From Gracilinanus agilis (taxonomy: Eukaryota): a stretch of DNA of 64,000 bases. The stretch is taken from NCBI RefSeq assembly GCF_016433145.1, contig NC_058132.1:388631499-388695498 (forward strand), read 5' to 3'. Under the pieces are notes generated by a model that was not told the DNA's origin, did not search any database, and saw nothing but the letters and a program-made list of their open reading frames with translations. Below are positions 12,621 to 25,844 of this stretch, piece after piece. How positions within the stretch are numbered: position 1 is the first letter of the stretch; each line of letters begins with the position of its first letter. A program made the translations under genes and the position numbers.

Positions 12621-15600
12621 ATTGTTTTTTGACATTTTTAAAATTCAAATTTTTCTCCTTACCACCTCCCTGAGGAGGTGAATAGTTTGATATAGATTAT
12701 ATCCATACTGTAATATAAAACATATTTCCATATTGTTCCTTTCATGATAGAAGACACATACTCATAGAATAGAAATCTCATGAAGGGTATATATTATAGT
12801 AGAAGACAAGTTTTTATCTGCATTCAGATTCTAATAGTTTCTTCTTTGGCTATGGATAGTGTTTTCTTCATGAGTCCCTTGCAGTTATCTTGGAGTCTTG
12901 ATTTGCTAAAAATGTTTTATTATTAAATAATCACAACTGATCATTTTATGATATTTCTATTATTCTCCTACATCATTTTCCTAGTTCTGTTTACTTTTTC
13001 TTCACTCATTCAGTTCATTTTTCCTTATGGTGTAATAGCATAGTATCCAATTACAACTATATACCACAACTGATTCATTCAGGTCCAAATGATAGACAAC
13101 TCCTCAGTTTCCAATTATTTGCCACTTCAAAAGGAACTGCTAATAATATTTAGGTACAGGTAGTTCCTTTTCCCCTGTCTTTCATCAAGTTGAGGTTCCG
13201 AGCTTGTTGTAGGATTGCTGGCTCAAAGGTTATGCATAACTGCATGGGCTGTTGGGTATGATTCCTTACAGCTCTCCAGAATGGTTGTATCAGTTCACAG
13301 TTCCATCAACAAGTGTATCATTGATCTCCTTGCAACGTATATCATTTTTCATGTGTGAGGTAATTTCTCAGAGTTGTTTTAATTTGCTTTTTTCTCATTA
13401 AAAATAATTTGGAGCATTTGTTCTTATGAACACGGATGGTTTTAATCTCTTCTTCTGAGAACTACCTGTTGATAACCATTTTTCTATTGGGGAATGTTTT
13501 TTCTCTTATAAATTTGACTCAGTTCTATATATAGTTAAGAAATGAGGGTTTTGTCAGATCCTTGCTATAAATCCTCCCCCCACCAAATTTTGTTATTTCC
13601 TTTCTAATTGTAGTTGCATTGGTTTTATTTGTGTGAAACCATTTTAATTTAATGAAATCAAAATCCTTTTTTTTAATTAAGCCATGATTTTTTTCATAAA
13701 ACCAACTCCTTTTTTTATTTATCATTTCTAATGTTTTGTTTCAGTTTATTCACCTCTCCTTTGATATTCCAGATTTCCCATTTGATATTTAATTATGGAT
13801 TTTTAATTTCTTCTTTTATGGGTTTTTTAGTTGCATGACCAATTCACCAATCTACTCTTTCTCTATTTATGTAAACAATTAGAGATATACATTTCCCTCT
13901 AAGCACTTCTTTGCTGCATCCCTTAAATTTTGTTATATGTTTCCTCATTGTCATTTTATTAAATTATTGTTTCTTTGTTTTATTCTTCAACTCATTTGCT
14001 CTTTCAGAAAAGATTTCCAATTTATTTTTAGTCTTTTTGCTGCCCTCTTGTTGTTGAGTATAGTTTTTATTGCATTATGGTCTGAAAAGGATGCAGTTAA
14101 TATTTCTGCTTTTGTACATTTGGAAGAGAGGCTTTTATGCCCAGCTATAGGTGGTTGATTTTTGTGTAAGTCCCATGTATTGCTGAGGAAAAAAATGTGT
14201 ATTCCTTTCTATTTCTTTTCAGGTTTCTCCAGAGGTCTATCATGTCCAGTTTTTCTAAAGTTCTATTTACCTCCTTAATTTCTTGTTTATTTTTTGGTCG
14301 GATTTATCTACTCCTGGGAAAAGGGGGAAGATTGAGGTCTCCCACTAGTAACTTTTTATTATATATTTCCTTCTGTAATTTCTGTAACTTTTCCTCTGGG
14401 AATATGGATGCTATAACTTTTGGCACATAAATGTTTAATACTGATATTGTTTCATTGTCTATGGTGCTTTTTACAATTATGTAATTTTTGTATCCTTATC
14501 TCCTTTGATTATCTCAGTTATTATTTTTGCTTTATTTGAAACCATGATTGCTATTCTTCCTTTTATTATTTTAACAGGCATAATTTCTTCTGCTTCGGTC
14601 TTTTACTTTTATTCTGTGTTTGTGTCTCCCCCTTTTAAATGTGTTTCTTGTGAAGAGCATAATGTATGGGTAAGTTTTTCCCATTCACATCCACAGGTAT
14701 GATTATAAATTTTATTTCCCTACATCTTACTTTCCCCACTTATTCTTCCCTCTTTCCTTTTTTAGCCTTTCCATGTTCACATAATTTTTGTTCTTGACAG
14801 TTACTTCCCCCAATTCATCCCTCCTTTTTTAGTTTATCCCTTCCCCCTTATTCTCCCTAGCCTCCTACTTCCTGATAAGGTAAGAGACAAGTTTCTATAG
14901 ATCAATATAGGCGTTTTGCTCATTTTTGAGCTAGTTCCAATGAGATTAAAAATTCAATTATAGCCACCCCACATCTTCTCCTCCACTCAATTTGCTGCTC
15001 ATGTGTCTCTTATGGAAATGTAATTTGTCCCCCTCTTTCTCTCCTTTTCTCTTTTCCCCAAGTGTTCCTCTTTCCCATCCCCTCTTTTTATGTCAACCCA
15101 CTGTATTTAGCCTCTCTCTATACTCCTTTTTATTGTTTTAATAGTGATACAATTCTTAAATATTTTAGATACCCTTAGGTATCTTGCCAATTTTAAAATA
15201 CCTTGCCTTTCTCAAATATCTGTCTTAATTATTTCAATTATCACCTTCCCAGGTATGAATGAATTCAATTCAACATTGCTAAGACCCTTTTCACTTTACC
15301 TTTTTATACATGTGTGTTGAATTTTTGCTCATCAAATTTTCTTTTCAACCCTGTTTTTTTTTTTTTGGGCAGGAAAATCAAAAGTTCCTCTCTTTCATTA
15401 AACATTAATCTTTCCCCTTAGAGGATTATGTTGAGTTTTAATTGGTATGTAAAATTCTAGATTGTAGTGCTATAATCCTCTCCCTTTCAGATTATCATCT
15501 TCCATGTCTTCCAGTACTTTAATATAGAAACTGCTAGGTCCTGGATTATCCTAACTATGGCTCCTCAATATGTAAATTGTTTCCTTCTGGCACCTAACTG

Positions 15601-16740
15601 TTCTGGAATTTGGTTACAGTAAAATCCTGGGGTATTTTATTCTGAAGGGATCTGTCAGTTCTCTCCATTTCTATTTTCCCCTTTTCTTTGAGAATAATAT
15701 CAGGGCAGTTTTCCTTTATGACTTCTTATAATATACCATCCAGGATTTTTTTTGATCATGGCTTTCAAGTATTTTGATGATTCTTAGAAGATTTCTTCTG
15801 GATCTGTTGTCCAGGTTGACCATATTTATATCAAGGTATTTTAGATTTTCTTCTACTTTTTAAATTTTCTTTGATTCTTTCCTGCTTATGGTTTCATTAG
15901 CTTCTATTTGTCCATTTCTCATATGTAAGAAGTTATTTACTTCCTTCAATTCTTGGGCTCCCTTTTCCACTTAACTCATACTTCTCTTTAAATAATTGTT
16001 TTCTGAAGTGTGTTTTTTTCACCTCCACTTCTATTTTGCTAAACGCTATTTCTTAAGGAGTTTTTCTCCAGCAATTGAGTTTTCCATCAATTCTCCTTCA
16101 TTTGATTTTTAACGTCTTCCCAGGATTCTTTTAAGGCCTAACATCCTTTCACACTTTCTTTTGAGGCTTCATATGTTCCTTTTTGGCACTGTTGTCCTCT
16201 TCAGAATTCATATTTTAGTCTTCCCTATCACTAAATTAACTTTCTAGGCTCAGGTTTTGTTTGATTTTTGTCTTCTACTCATCTTTCTACTTTTTTCCCC
16301 AGTTACCTTATCTATTATCTGTTGAGGTTTTTCTCGTTTCCTAAGGTAGAAGGGGCATATTGTTTCAAGCTTTTAGAGTACTCTTCTCTGGTGTTGAGTG
16401 TATGATTGGCTGCCCTTCCTCATGGTGTGTATGTCAAGGAGGTAGCCTGTTGGCTTGCTCTGGAGAGGTTGGCAACTGTTTTGTCCAGCTAGATTGAGCA
16501 CACCTTGCTACAAGTTCTGTTGTTTTGTGAAGTGGTCTGATTCCCACTATGATGCTTCCCTGCCACTGCCAATTGCCCTCTTCTGGAAAGGCTCCCTTCC
16601 TTGGGCTCCACTGTTCCAGGCTTTCCACCACCACATGGGAGTGAACAAATTACTTCACTGTAGTTCCAGTTCTCTCTTTCTGCTTCCATGTAGCCTCATG
16701 GATCTGCTGCCATGTGGGAGTAGATAGATCACTGTAGTTC
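12620..16740 (-). mobile_element. Older L1 with 5'UTR, ORF1, endonuclease region and 3' end; RT region apparently missing
   Basis: EN-like region 14.17-14.68 kb parallels 60.7-61.1 kb; ORF1-like 15.4-16.1 kb; UTR-like 16.3-16.74 kb; 3' ORF2/UTR 12.6-13.7 kb. Confidence 0.7.
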
Positions 16741-17539
16741 TAGTTCTCATCCTTACTCTTTTTATCCCCACAGCTCTGATGTCATGTGAGAATTTGTATG
16801 CTTCAATTCCAGCTGGGTTCATTCCACTTCTGAAGCTTTGTTGCCTTTAACACAGTTGTGTGCTGCTCCAAGATCTGTCATTGCTTTCAGATGCTATACT
16901 GCCTGGACTGCTCTCTTCTCTTTCCCCCAGAGAGATATATTCCTCTATCTTTCCTTAGTTTTGAGGCAATTTATTTTATATTTTTGGACTGAGGGAGTAT
17001 TGCATCCTTTCTTCCTCCATCTTATCTTCCAGCACGCAACTTTTGTCTTCATGCAAAATCTGAATAAAAAAAGTGAAAGTACAAGTCTAGAAGTAAGTTG
17101 TTGAGTGATGTATACACATATTATATACTTGTACATATATGTAAACACATACAAAGTATGTCTGTGTGTGAATGCATATAATTGCTTCTTTATAAATATC
17201 TTTTTCAAAGGATGTTGAAAATGTTTTCTCCCCAGTGTGAAGTTTTTGAGAGCAGAGATTGACTTTTTCTTTTTACTTTCTCTGTATGTGCCATGAACAC
17301 CTGAGGCATTTAATAATGATTGTTGACTTGCTGACTTGTTGAAAAATTAGGATTTGGTTTTCAAGGTCAATAGTAATATATGCCACCTGTGTTATGAAGA
17401 GGAATGTACATTTTTCAAAGAGTTTAAAGTTTTTTGAAGATCACAGAGGAAGGACAAGATAGAACACTGTAATATCCTTATAGCTAATCCTAGGAAGATA
17501 CTTGTGCTGTTCTACTCATTTAATTATTTATATTCTTAG

Positions 17540-17645
17540 ATACCAGAATTGAAAAAGAAGAACAAAGAGAATTAGTAATAAAAGAAGAAATTAGCAATGA
17601 CAAACCTACAGTGGAAATGTCTCAAAGGAGTTTTTTCTGGTTCCG
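17540..17645 (+). CDS. Exon D of neurabin-like gene (linker)
   Basis: tttatattcttag|AT...TTCCG|gtaaga, 106 nt, phase 1-2, open: TRIEKEEQRELVIKEEISNDKPTVEMSQRSFFWF(R). Confidence 0.65.
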
Positions 17646-17899
17646 GTAAGAGATACATTTTTATATATGGATATTAAAATTCTTAATACAAATTTATTTC
17701 TGTTGGATTTTACCTTATTTTCTAAAATTTTGCTGTGGTTTTTCCATTATATAAAAGAACCTCATTATTTATATGTAGTTTCTTGGTTGTTCACATCTTC
17801 TTTAAATGGGTGTTGGCCTAGAGCAGAGGTGTCAAACTCACAGCCTATGGATGTGGCACAAAGAGATCCCTTTCTTTTTGAGTTTGATAACATCAACAA

Positions 17900-18088
17900 A
17901 CAGAATAAAGTAGAGGACTTCGTATCTGAACATCTGGGTTCAAATTGGAGTTTTATCGATTCGAGTTGTTTTATTATTGAAGTCAAGTAATTTCTGATCT
18001 GTAGGTTTCAGATTTCTCATCTATAAAATGAGGGAGTAGTACAAGTTGACAGCAAGTGTTCCTTCCAGCTCTACATCAGTGATCTTCA
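17900..18088 (+). mobile_element. MIR3-like SINE
   Basis: ctgggttcaaat...tttcagatttctcatctataaaatgaggg...ccttccagctctaca. Confidence 0.65.
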
Positions 18089-18481
18089 CTCTTTACAATA
18101 CAAATCATGTATTATGGTTAATATAGAGTAGGAAGAGATTGAGACAGAAGCACACATCTTTAACTTAATTGCCTTCGCATATCTTATTTTTTTACACATA
18201 AGCTAAGCTAGTTTTTATTCCTTTTCTTGTACACATGCAGACACAAAGACATGTAATCTAAAAAAAAAAACCACAACTTCAGACTCGTTTAGCATGTGAC
18301 ATTGTCTTTCTTTTGGAATTGAAATTCATGACTTTTTTTTATAGTGTGCTTTTCCTTATGCAACTTTTTTGCATCGCAGTAATGTCTTTTTTATGCTTTT
18401 ATAATAATTTCCCTCTCAAATCTTGGATGAGTCTAACAATATCAAACAATACAACTGGCTGAACTTCTTTTGTTTTAAAAG

Positions 18482-18533
18482 ATATGATAAACAAGTAAAG
18501 AATATGCACAAGCAGGAAGAAACTGATCAAAAG
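18482..18533 (+). CDS. Exon E of neurabin-like gene (linker)
   Basis: cttttgttttaaaag|A...CAAAAG|gtaaat, 52 nt, phase 2-0, joins exon D to the SAM exon in frame: YDKQVKNMHKQEETDQK. Confidence 0.65.
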
Positions 18534-19239
18534 GTAAATTTTCATTATATTGAATTTGTCATAAAGATTTAAGTATGTGTTTCCCCACTTTAGTTACTAG
18601 CTAATGAGCTTTTTTATAACTTGAATTAGAAAACCATAGTTTAACTTTAATGTGGGGTTGATAGTTTGTCATAATTACTAATCAGTGTGCATAAGAATAA
18701 AATTATCTAAAGAGTTAAGAGCAACAGTACCATAGAGGCAACTGTTTAGCCAAATTTTGAAGTCTCCTTTTTGTCCAGAGATCAGTCAATACCTCTCTCA
18801 AGGAATGATTTATAGTGTTTTTAAACATTAAACTTGTCTCTATTTAGATGGTGTAAGATCAAGGAATAATTGATTAAACTTTTTACAAAATAATATCATC
18901 TCAGTATATTGTTGGTTAAAAATTTCTAAGATTATGTCAGAGAGTGTTGACACTAAAACTATAGAGAAAATTGTAATTCAAATTGTTATGTGCTGAGGCA
19001 TGTTGGAAGTGGCAGCATATTAGCATAATTTTCCCTCCATGAGATAGAGAGGATCTCTGAAGGGGGCTGTGCATTATTTTAAAAATAATAGGTAGGTCGT
19101 TAACCAAGAAGTACCACTGTCAGTTGTTGACCAAAAAGAGGAGAGAGACGTTTCTTTGAGGTCTTTAATGAAATTTAAGCAATTTTAGCCTCATTTTAAA
19201 AATTAAAATGAATGTGTTTGTGTGTGTCTGTATATGTGT

Positions 19240-21695
19240 CTTTTAAATTTTTAAATTTAGAATATTTTCCATGGTTACATGATTTATGATTTTTCCCACC
19301 CATCTTCCATCCCCCCTCCCAGAGCTGACAAGCAATTCCACTGGGTAATACATCTATCATTGTTCAAAATTTATTTCCATATTATTATTCATATTTGCAA
19401 TAATGATCTTTTAGTGCCAAAACCCCAATCTTATCCCCATTGAACCACGTGATTAATCATATATTTTTCTTCTGCGTTTCTGCTCCCACAATTCTTTCTC
19501 TGGATGTGGATAGCATGCTGTCTCATAAGTTCCAAGACTGTCCTGGATCATTGCATTGCAGCTAGTAATAGCTAATAATAATAATATATTATATATATAA
19601 AATAGTAATAGTAGAAGCTAGACTTCTGTCTGTTACATTCAATTGTACCACAGTGTAGCAGTCTTTGTGTATAATGTTCTCCTGATTCTGCTACTTTAGC
19701 TCTGCATCCATTCTTGGAGGTCTTTCCATTTCACATGGAATTCCTCCAGTTCTTTATTCCTTTCAGCACAATAGTATTCTATCATCATCAGATACCACCA
19801 TTTATTCAGCAATTCCCCAATTGATGCTATATTATTACACAAGTCTTTTTCCTTATCTCTTTGTGGTACAAACCCAGCAGTGGTATGGCTAGGTCAAAGG
19901 GCAGGCATTCTTTTAAAATCCTTTGGGCATAGTGCCAAATTGCCTTCCAGAATGGCTGGACCAATTCACAGCTCCACCAGCAGTGTATTAGTGTTCCAGT
20001 TTTGCCACATCCCCTCCAACATTTATCACTTTCCTTTGTTGCTATATTGGCCAATCTGCTAGGTGTGAGGTGGTGCCTCAGTGGTGTTTTTATTTGCATT
20101 TCTCTAATCATGATGGATTTAGAACACTTTCATATGATTGATAATTTTTATTTATCTGAAAACTGCCTATTCATATCCCTTGACCATTTGTCAATTGGGG
20201 AAAGAATTGATTTTTTTGTAAATTTGACTTAGTTCCTTATATATTTGGGAAATTAAACCTTTGTCAGAGAGTTTTGTTATTACAATCTTTCCCCAGTTTG
20301 ATTTCCTTCTAATTGTGGATGCATTGGTTTTGTTTGTATAAAAACTTTAATTTGATATAACCAGTCATTCATTTTATATTTTGCAATGTTATCTCTTACT
20401 TGGTCTTAAATTCCTTCCTTTCCCACAGATCTGGCAAGTATACTATTCTATGTTCAGTTCATCTAACTTATTTATGATTTCATTCTTTATATTTAAGACA
20501 TTTATCCATTTTGAATTTATCTTGGTATATGAAGTGTAAGATGTTGATCTAAACCTAATTTTTCCCATATTATTTTCCAATTTTCCCAGCAGTTTTTGTC
20601 AACTGGTGAGTTCTTGTCCCAAAAGCTAGGATCTTTGGGTTTATCAAACAGTAGCTTGCTGAGGTCATTTACTGTAGTCTATTCCATTGATCCACCCTTT
20701 TGTCTCTTAACCAGTAACATATTTTGATGATCACTGCTTTAGAATACAGTTTATCTGGTACTACTAGGCCCCCATCCTTCACTTTTTTTCATTATTACCC
20801 TTGATATTCTTGATCTTTTGTTTTTCGATGTGAACTGTTATAATTTTTTCTAATTCTATAAAAAAGTTTTTTGGAAGTTTGATAGGTATGGCATTGAATA
20901 AGTAGATTAATAGATAGAATTGTCATTTTTTATTATATTAGCTCCTCCTACCCAAGAGTAATTAATATTTTCAAATTGTTTAGATCTATCTTTGTGTATA
21001 AAGTGTTTTGTAGTTGTGTTCATATTTCTGCGTTTGTCTTGGTAGATAAATTCCTAAATATTTTATATTGTCTAGACCCATTTTTAAATGGATTTTATCT
21101 AACTCCTTTGTTTTGTTGGAAATATATAGAAATGCTGATTTATATGGGTTTATTTTGTACCCTGCAACTTTGTTAAATATGTTATTTCCAGTAGCCTTTT
21201 AGTTGATTTTCTCAGATTCTTTAACTATACCATCATATCATCTGCAGTGATGATGGTTTAGTTTACTCATTGCCTACTTTAATCCCTTCAATTTCTTTTT
21301 CTTCTCTAATTGCTACTGCTAGTGTTTCTAGTACAATATTAAATAATAGAGGTGATAATGAGCATCCTTGTTTCACTCCTGATCTTATTGGGAAGGCTTC
21401 TAACTTGTTCCCAATGTAGATGATACTTCCGTTTGGTTTTTAATATACTCTGTTTATTATTTTGAGGAATGGCCCTCCTATTCCTATATTTTCTAATGCT
21501 TTTAATAATGAGTGTTGTATTTTGTCAAAGGCTTTTTCTGAATCTATTGAGATAATGTGATTTTTGTTAGTTTGGGTACTGATATGGTCAATTATGTGGA
21601 TGCTTTTCCTAATATTGAACCATCCTTGCATTCCTGGTATAAATCCCACCTGATCATAGTGAATAACCCTCGTGATCACTTGCTGAAGTCTTTTT
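19240..21695 (-). mobile_element. 5'-truncated L1 (ORF2 RT to 3'UTR), intronic, antisense
   Basis: Minus ORFs [21 protein letters not shown]...[11 protein letters not shown] and IREMQIKTPLRHHLTP...CWRGCGKTGTLIHCWW are canonical L1 ORF2. Confidence 0.92.
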
Positions 21696-23068
21696 GCTGT
21701 TTGTGTATGTCTTGATTTACTATACCTGTGTTAATAAGGAAAAGAACATGAGGGCCTATTGAGAAAATGTTTATTGACACATACACATATGCACATATAT
21801 AACATGTACAAATAAATATGAGTGAATATACATACACGTAAAAATGAGAAGTCCAACTAAGGACTTCACAACCTACCAGGCATTAGGAGGTATTTCTGAG
21901 CTGCCCAATTTTGTGTTCTAGCAAGAATAAAATCTGAATTGCCTCAGATTAGAAATTCTTTGAATCCTCAGAAATACTCATGTCTCTTAACAGATACTGA
22001 AATAGAACTCCCAAAACACCAACTAATGGAGATAGACATTTTTTCTATTTTCCTTTTTTCATAAAATGAATGGCAATAACAAGCATTCATCCAAGTCTAA
22101 AGTTAACAATATTGAATATACTTAAGTTAGCGTGTGTAGTAATGATTGGCAACTTGCCAAAACCTTAAGAAAAAAGTAGGATTTTGCCATTTACTTTCAA
22201 GAAATATTACCCATCAGTAGAAATAGAAAAACCAGGATTCATTTTAATAGTTTCTGAGAAGATTTTCAACTGATATGGTAAGCCTATGTTGTAGTGTTAT
22301 GGTATGTCAGACAGTGGAAGACACAATTGGGGACTGAGGATTCTTTGCCTTCCTAACAACCATCACTAGATTCTAAAGCAGCTAAAACCTACTGGACTAT
22401 ATCCTAACTCTTAGCCTTGGATGCTAATGACTCTTCCTCTGCCCTCCCATGACCCAGAAAAACTCAGCACCTCCTCCCCACTTTGCCCTGCCAAGCTGCC
22501 TCAACTTCCTTTCTTGGTGGATATTGGGTTATATGGCCAGTGCTCCTGGCCTGAACAGGAGACAAAACTTCCCTGTATTTAGGTAGATTTCTATTTTATT
22601 TTGGCCAAAGAAAGGTACTGCACATGCTTTTGAATGCAGGCGGTTTCCCTCTAATTTTGTCTTGCTTAGCCTCTGGGAATAGGTTGAAACATTTTAGTAT
22701 TAATACCTTCCCTTACAAAGCCCTATCTCTTTTCTGAACATGAAAATACATTATGTGTTTTGCCTATTTTAGAGCAATACTTTTTTTAAAAAGGGTTCAG
22801 TGTTTTCAGTACTAAAAATAAAATTCCCTCTTTACAAAACTCCCTTCAAATCTCTTGTTCTTATATGAATTATTGCAGATGAAAGAGGGGATAGAAAACA
22901 TGCCTTACATAGCAGGTTTGAACAGCAAAATTTACAAAACATGTGCTGTCAAATGAGGGATCATTTTGGAGCAAAGGATCTCTAAGGCCCCTTTGAGCTT
23001 TCACTGTCTCTGCTTATATTAACATATGGCTATATAAGTTTTTTAATATTATCTTTCTTGATCTCTAG

Positions 23069-23245
23069 GTATTGGATGATGTCTCTACTTATACTGGTGC
23101 TCCAAGGCAGTTGGTGTCAGACTGGACAGAAATTCAAGTTGGCAATTGGCTAAGGAGCATTGGAATGAAAAAATATGTTCTGAGATTTGATCTGAAAAGA
23201 ATAAATGGCCAAGAACTCCTTAGACTAGACAACAATGGGTTAAAA
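23069..23245 (+). CDS. Exon F of neurabin-like gene: SAM domain, N-terminal part
   Basis: ctttcttgatctctag|GTA...TTAAAA|gtaagc, 177 nt, phase 0-0; VLDDVSTYTGAPRQLVSDWTEIQVGNWLRSIGMKKYVLRFDLKRINGQELLRLDNNGLK fits the SAM pattern W..V..WL..+....Y...F....I.G..LL.L; neurabin-1 equivalent runs ILDD...LDGNKLK (from memory). Confidence 0.9.
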
Positions 23246-23479
23246 GTAAGCTTCAGAATTGGCTTTTTTATACATACCATTATATAATTATATGAAATAT
23301 ATATAAAACATGATGCCAATAATGAGATTCTTATGTATGACCTATTTGCCAACTTTATGATTTTAAGGAAATCATGTTAAACCTCCATTTTGAATGTAGT
23401 GTCAAGGATTTCTTTTTTTAATATGATTTGTTAAATCCTTTTTTAGTATTCCTGACATATGATCATTCCTTTTTATTCT

Positions 23480-23680
23480 TTTTTTAAAAAAAACTCTTAC
23501 CATCCCTCTTGAAATCAATGGCATGTATTGGTTCCAAGGAGGAAGTTGTAAGGACTGGGCAATGGGGTAAGTGAGTTGTCCAGGGGTCACACTGCTGCTA
23601 GGAAGTATTTGAAGCCACTCTCAAAACTAGGACTTCTTGTCTCTAGTCCTAGCTCACAAAGCACTGAGCTACCTGTCATT
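23480..23680 (-). mobile_element. Marsupial SINE
   Basis: gggcaatggggtaagtgagttgtccaggggtcaca...cactgagctacc; flanked by tcattc(c/t)tttt possible TSD. Confidence 0.75.
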
Positions 23681-24389
23681 CTTTTTTAGAACTCTATGTA
23701 TAAAGAAACACTGATAAGCAGAGAAGGCAGTATTGTAACAAAAACAATCATGGAAAGTGGCAAAATTCCATTGCATTTGTAGTAAATAAAATGTCACTTT
23801 TTTATAAGCTTTAAATTTCAAGTCCTATTTAGAAAGACCCCTTTGTCATTGTCTAGAGGTATTTGATCAGAGGAATATGATAAGTGACTTACAAATCAGA
23901 AGAACTCCTTAGATTCAGTTTGTCACCTAGGACCACATTATTCTGAGTGTATTTAAGTATAGCTTCTCTAACATAGTTCTAGAATTTTCCTAAAACATAC
24001 TATTTAAGTTCCTTTAAGTTGTAAATCTCTGATATTCTGACCCTTCAATTTGAAGTCAAATAATGCAATATCTGTTCATTAAAAGTGAAAAAATATAGAA
24101 TGTTCTAAAAGCAACCAATGTTGGGCTCCCAATCTGTTAAGCAAATAATTGATTCATGAGAAATTTTACTTTAGAAGTTCCAACACTCTTAGAATTTCTA
24201 GCTATTATGGTGGTTGCTTAATGTATCTTAGGGTTTTCCAGTGTAATTATTTACTTCATCCAGACTGATGAACATTTTCTAATGTAAAATCTGAGAAGTT
24301 TCATTTTCAGGTTCACAATATAAAGAATTAGAATATCTGTTCATTTGAACAATACATGAAAAATAACACTTTAAATTTTCTTTCAAAAG

Positions 24390-24548
24390 TGCATAGGTAT
24401 CCAGAGTAAAGGAGACCAGAAGAAACTACTTAAGAATATAAATAAAATTCGAAAGATAGAAGAAGATATAATCTTATTAAATATTGAAATAATGGAAATA
24501 CAAGGGAAAGAAGATATGGCAAAAAGAAGAAAATGTACCATTCTGTAA
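24390..24548 (+). CDS. Terminal exon G: end of SAM domain, short coil, polybasic CaaX terminus
   Basis: ttttctttcaaaag|TGC phase 0: CIGIQSKGDQKKLLKNINKIRKIEEDIILLNIEIMEIQGKEDMAKRRKCTIL*(TAA 24546-24548); completes SAM helix 5 (xxGI....D..K+L..I). Confidence 0.85.
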   Translation, partial: CIGIQSKGDQKKLLKNINKIRKIEEDIILLNIEIMEIQGKEDMAKRRKCTIL

Positions 24549-24672
24549 TATTCTATTCTATTTATTTTATTTTAATCATTTAACTTCTACATAAATGTTT
24601 TGATAGAGGATAATTTTGCATCTTTTAATAATTGTTAATATCATACATGTAATATGTATTATAGTGGTTTTG

Positions 24673-24678
24673 AATAAA
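24673..24678 (+). terminator. Candidate polyadenylation signal of the neurabin-like gene
   Basis: AATAAA about 125 nt after the stop; T/G-rich sequence downstream. Confidence 0.55.
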
Positions 24679-25844
24679 CTGATTCTAATATTCATATATG
24701 ATCTCATTTTTGTGGGGTCTGATATGGAATTTCCTCAATATTACTACAGTACACTATAATGCAAAAAGCAATCGTTCTAATCTAACAGAAATTCTTAGTC
24801 ATTTTCAGTTTTGTTCAATTCTTCATTACCACTGCCCTAGACTAGCAGTAGAGAATGTGCCTCAGACACCAGATCATTACTTGCTTATTATTATTACCAG
24901 GGTCCTTAATAGATATTAGTTGTAGAACTTGAATCAAGGTCTTCTTCTCTTTAAGTTCAGCTCTGTGTATACTTTAATTTTGCCTAAGAATACATATATG
25001 AACAAAAGAAATAAATGCATATAGAAGTTTGTTATAGATTTCCTATGATAAATATCTATATATTATTACCCATGAGACCTCCATCTTATGTTTCCCATTA
25101 ACTACTGATACATTAGGTTCTCTATTTTTGTCATAATCCTCTCCAAATCACAGCTTAAGAGCCCCATAGAATTGTTTTACATTTATCAGCCTGTTATAGA
25201 ATGTAGTCCAGTTTTCCATCAAAATATTTTAAATAGCAATGAAAATAACTTCATAAAATTTCCCCCTAAACTTTCAGCTCATTCTCTTGTAAATGTATAA
25301 AAGCTCATTGGGAAAAGTATTTCTATTTAGGATTCATATATGGGGGAGATGGGAAGAACATATGGCAAAAAGGACCCTTTGGCAGTTGATTTACATAGAA
25401 ATATGTGAACAGAACACATATGGGAGGGCAGAGAAATTAGAGCAAATTGATATCCCAAAACTTTCCTAGCTAAGAATATTGCGTAAGTGGAGTATCAGCT
25501 GGTGGAACATAATCCACCTGAATGTAATTGGGAAGCCAATTGAACATGATCATTCTGTACTGATAATGAATATTTTTGATGAATCAAAAGCTGTCTCTAC
25601 CACACAAAATAAGACTTTCAAAATATTTTATGTATGTGTTACTTGATGCAAAGCAGAAAGCCACCAGACTGAAAGAGTAAAGCTGATGAGATGTTTTGTA
25701 ATAAGTAGATCATTTATTAGTCCTTTAGGAAAGATAAAGACTTTATAACAAAGGTCAAGAGATGAAAGCCTATTGCTAGGATACCATTAGCAGAGCAAAG
25801 AGAATCTTTGATAGCAAAATCTCAGTGTCAAAGGACTTAAGAAT

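Noticed and set aside
23072-23287. ORF-track start and end of the SAM-containing ORF
   Set aside because: The real unit is the spliced exon 23069-23245; the tail VSFRIGFF... is intron
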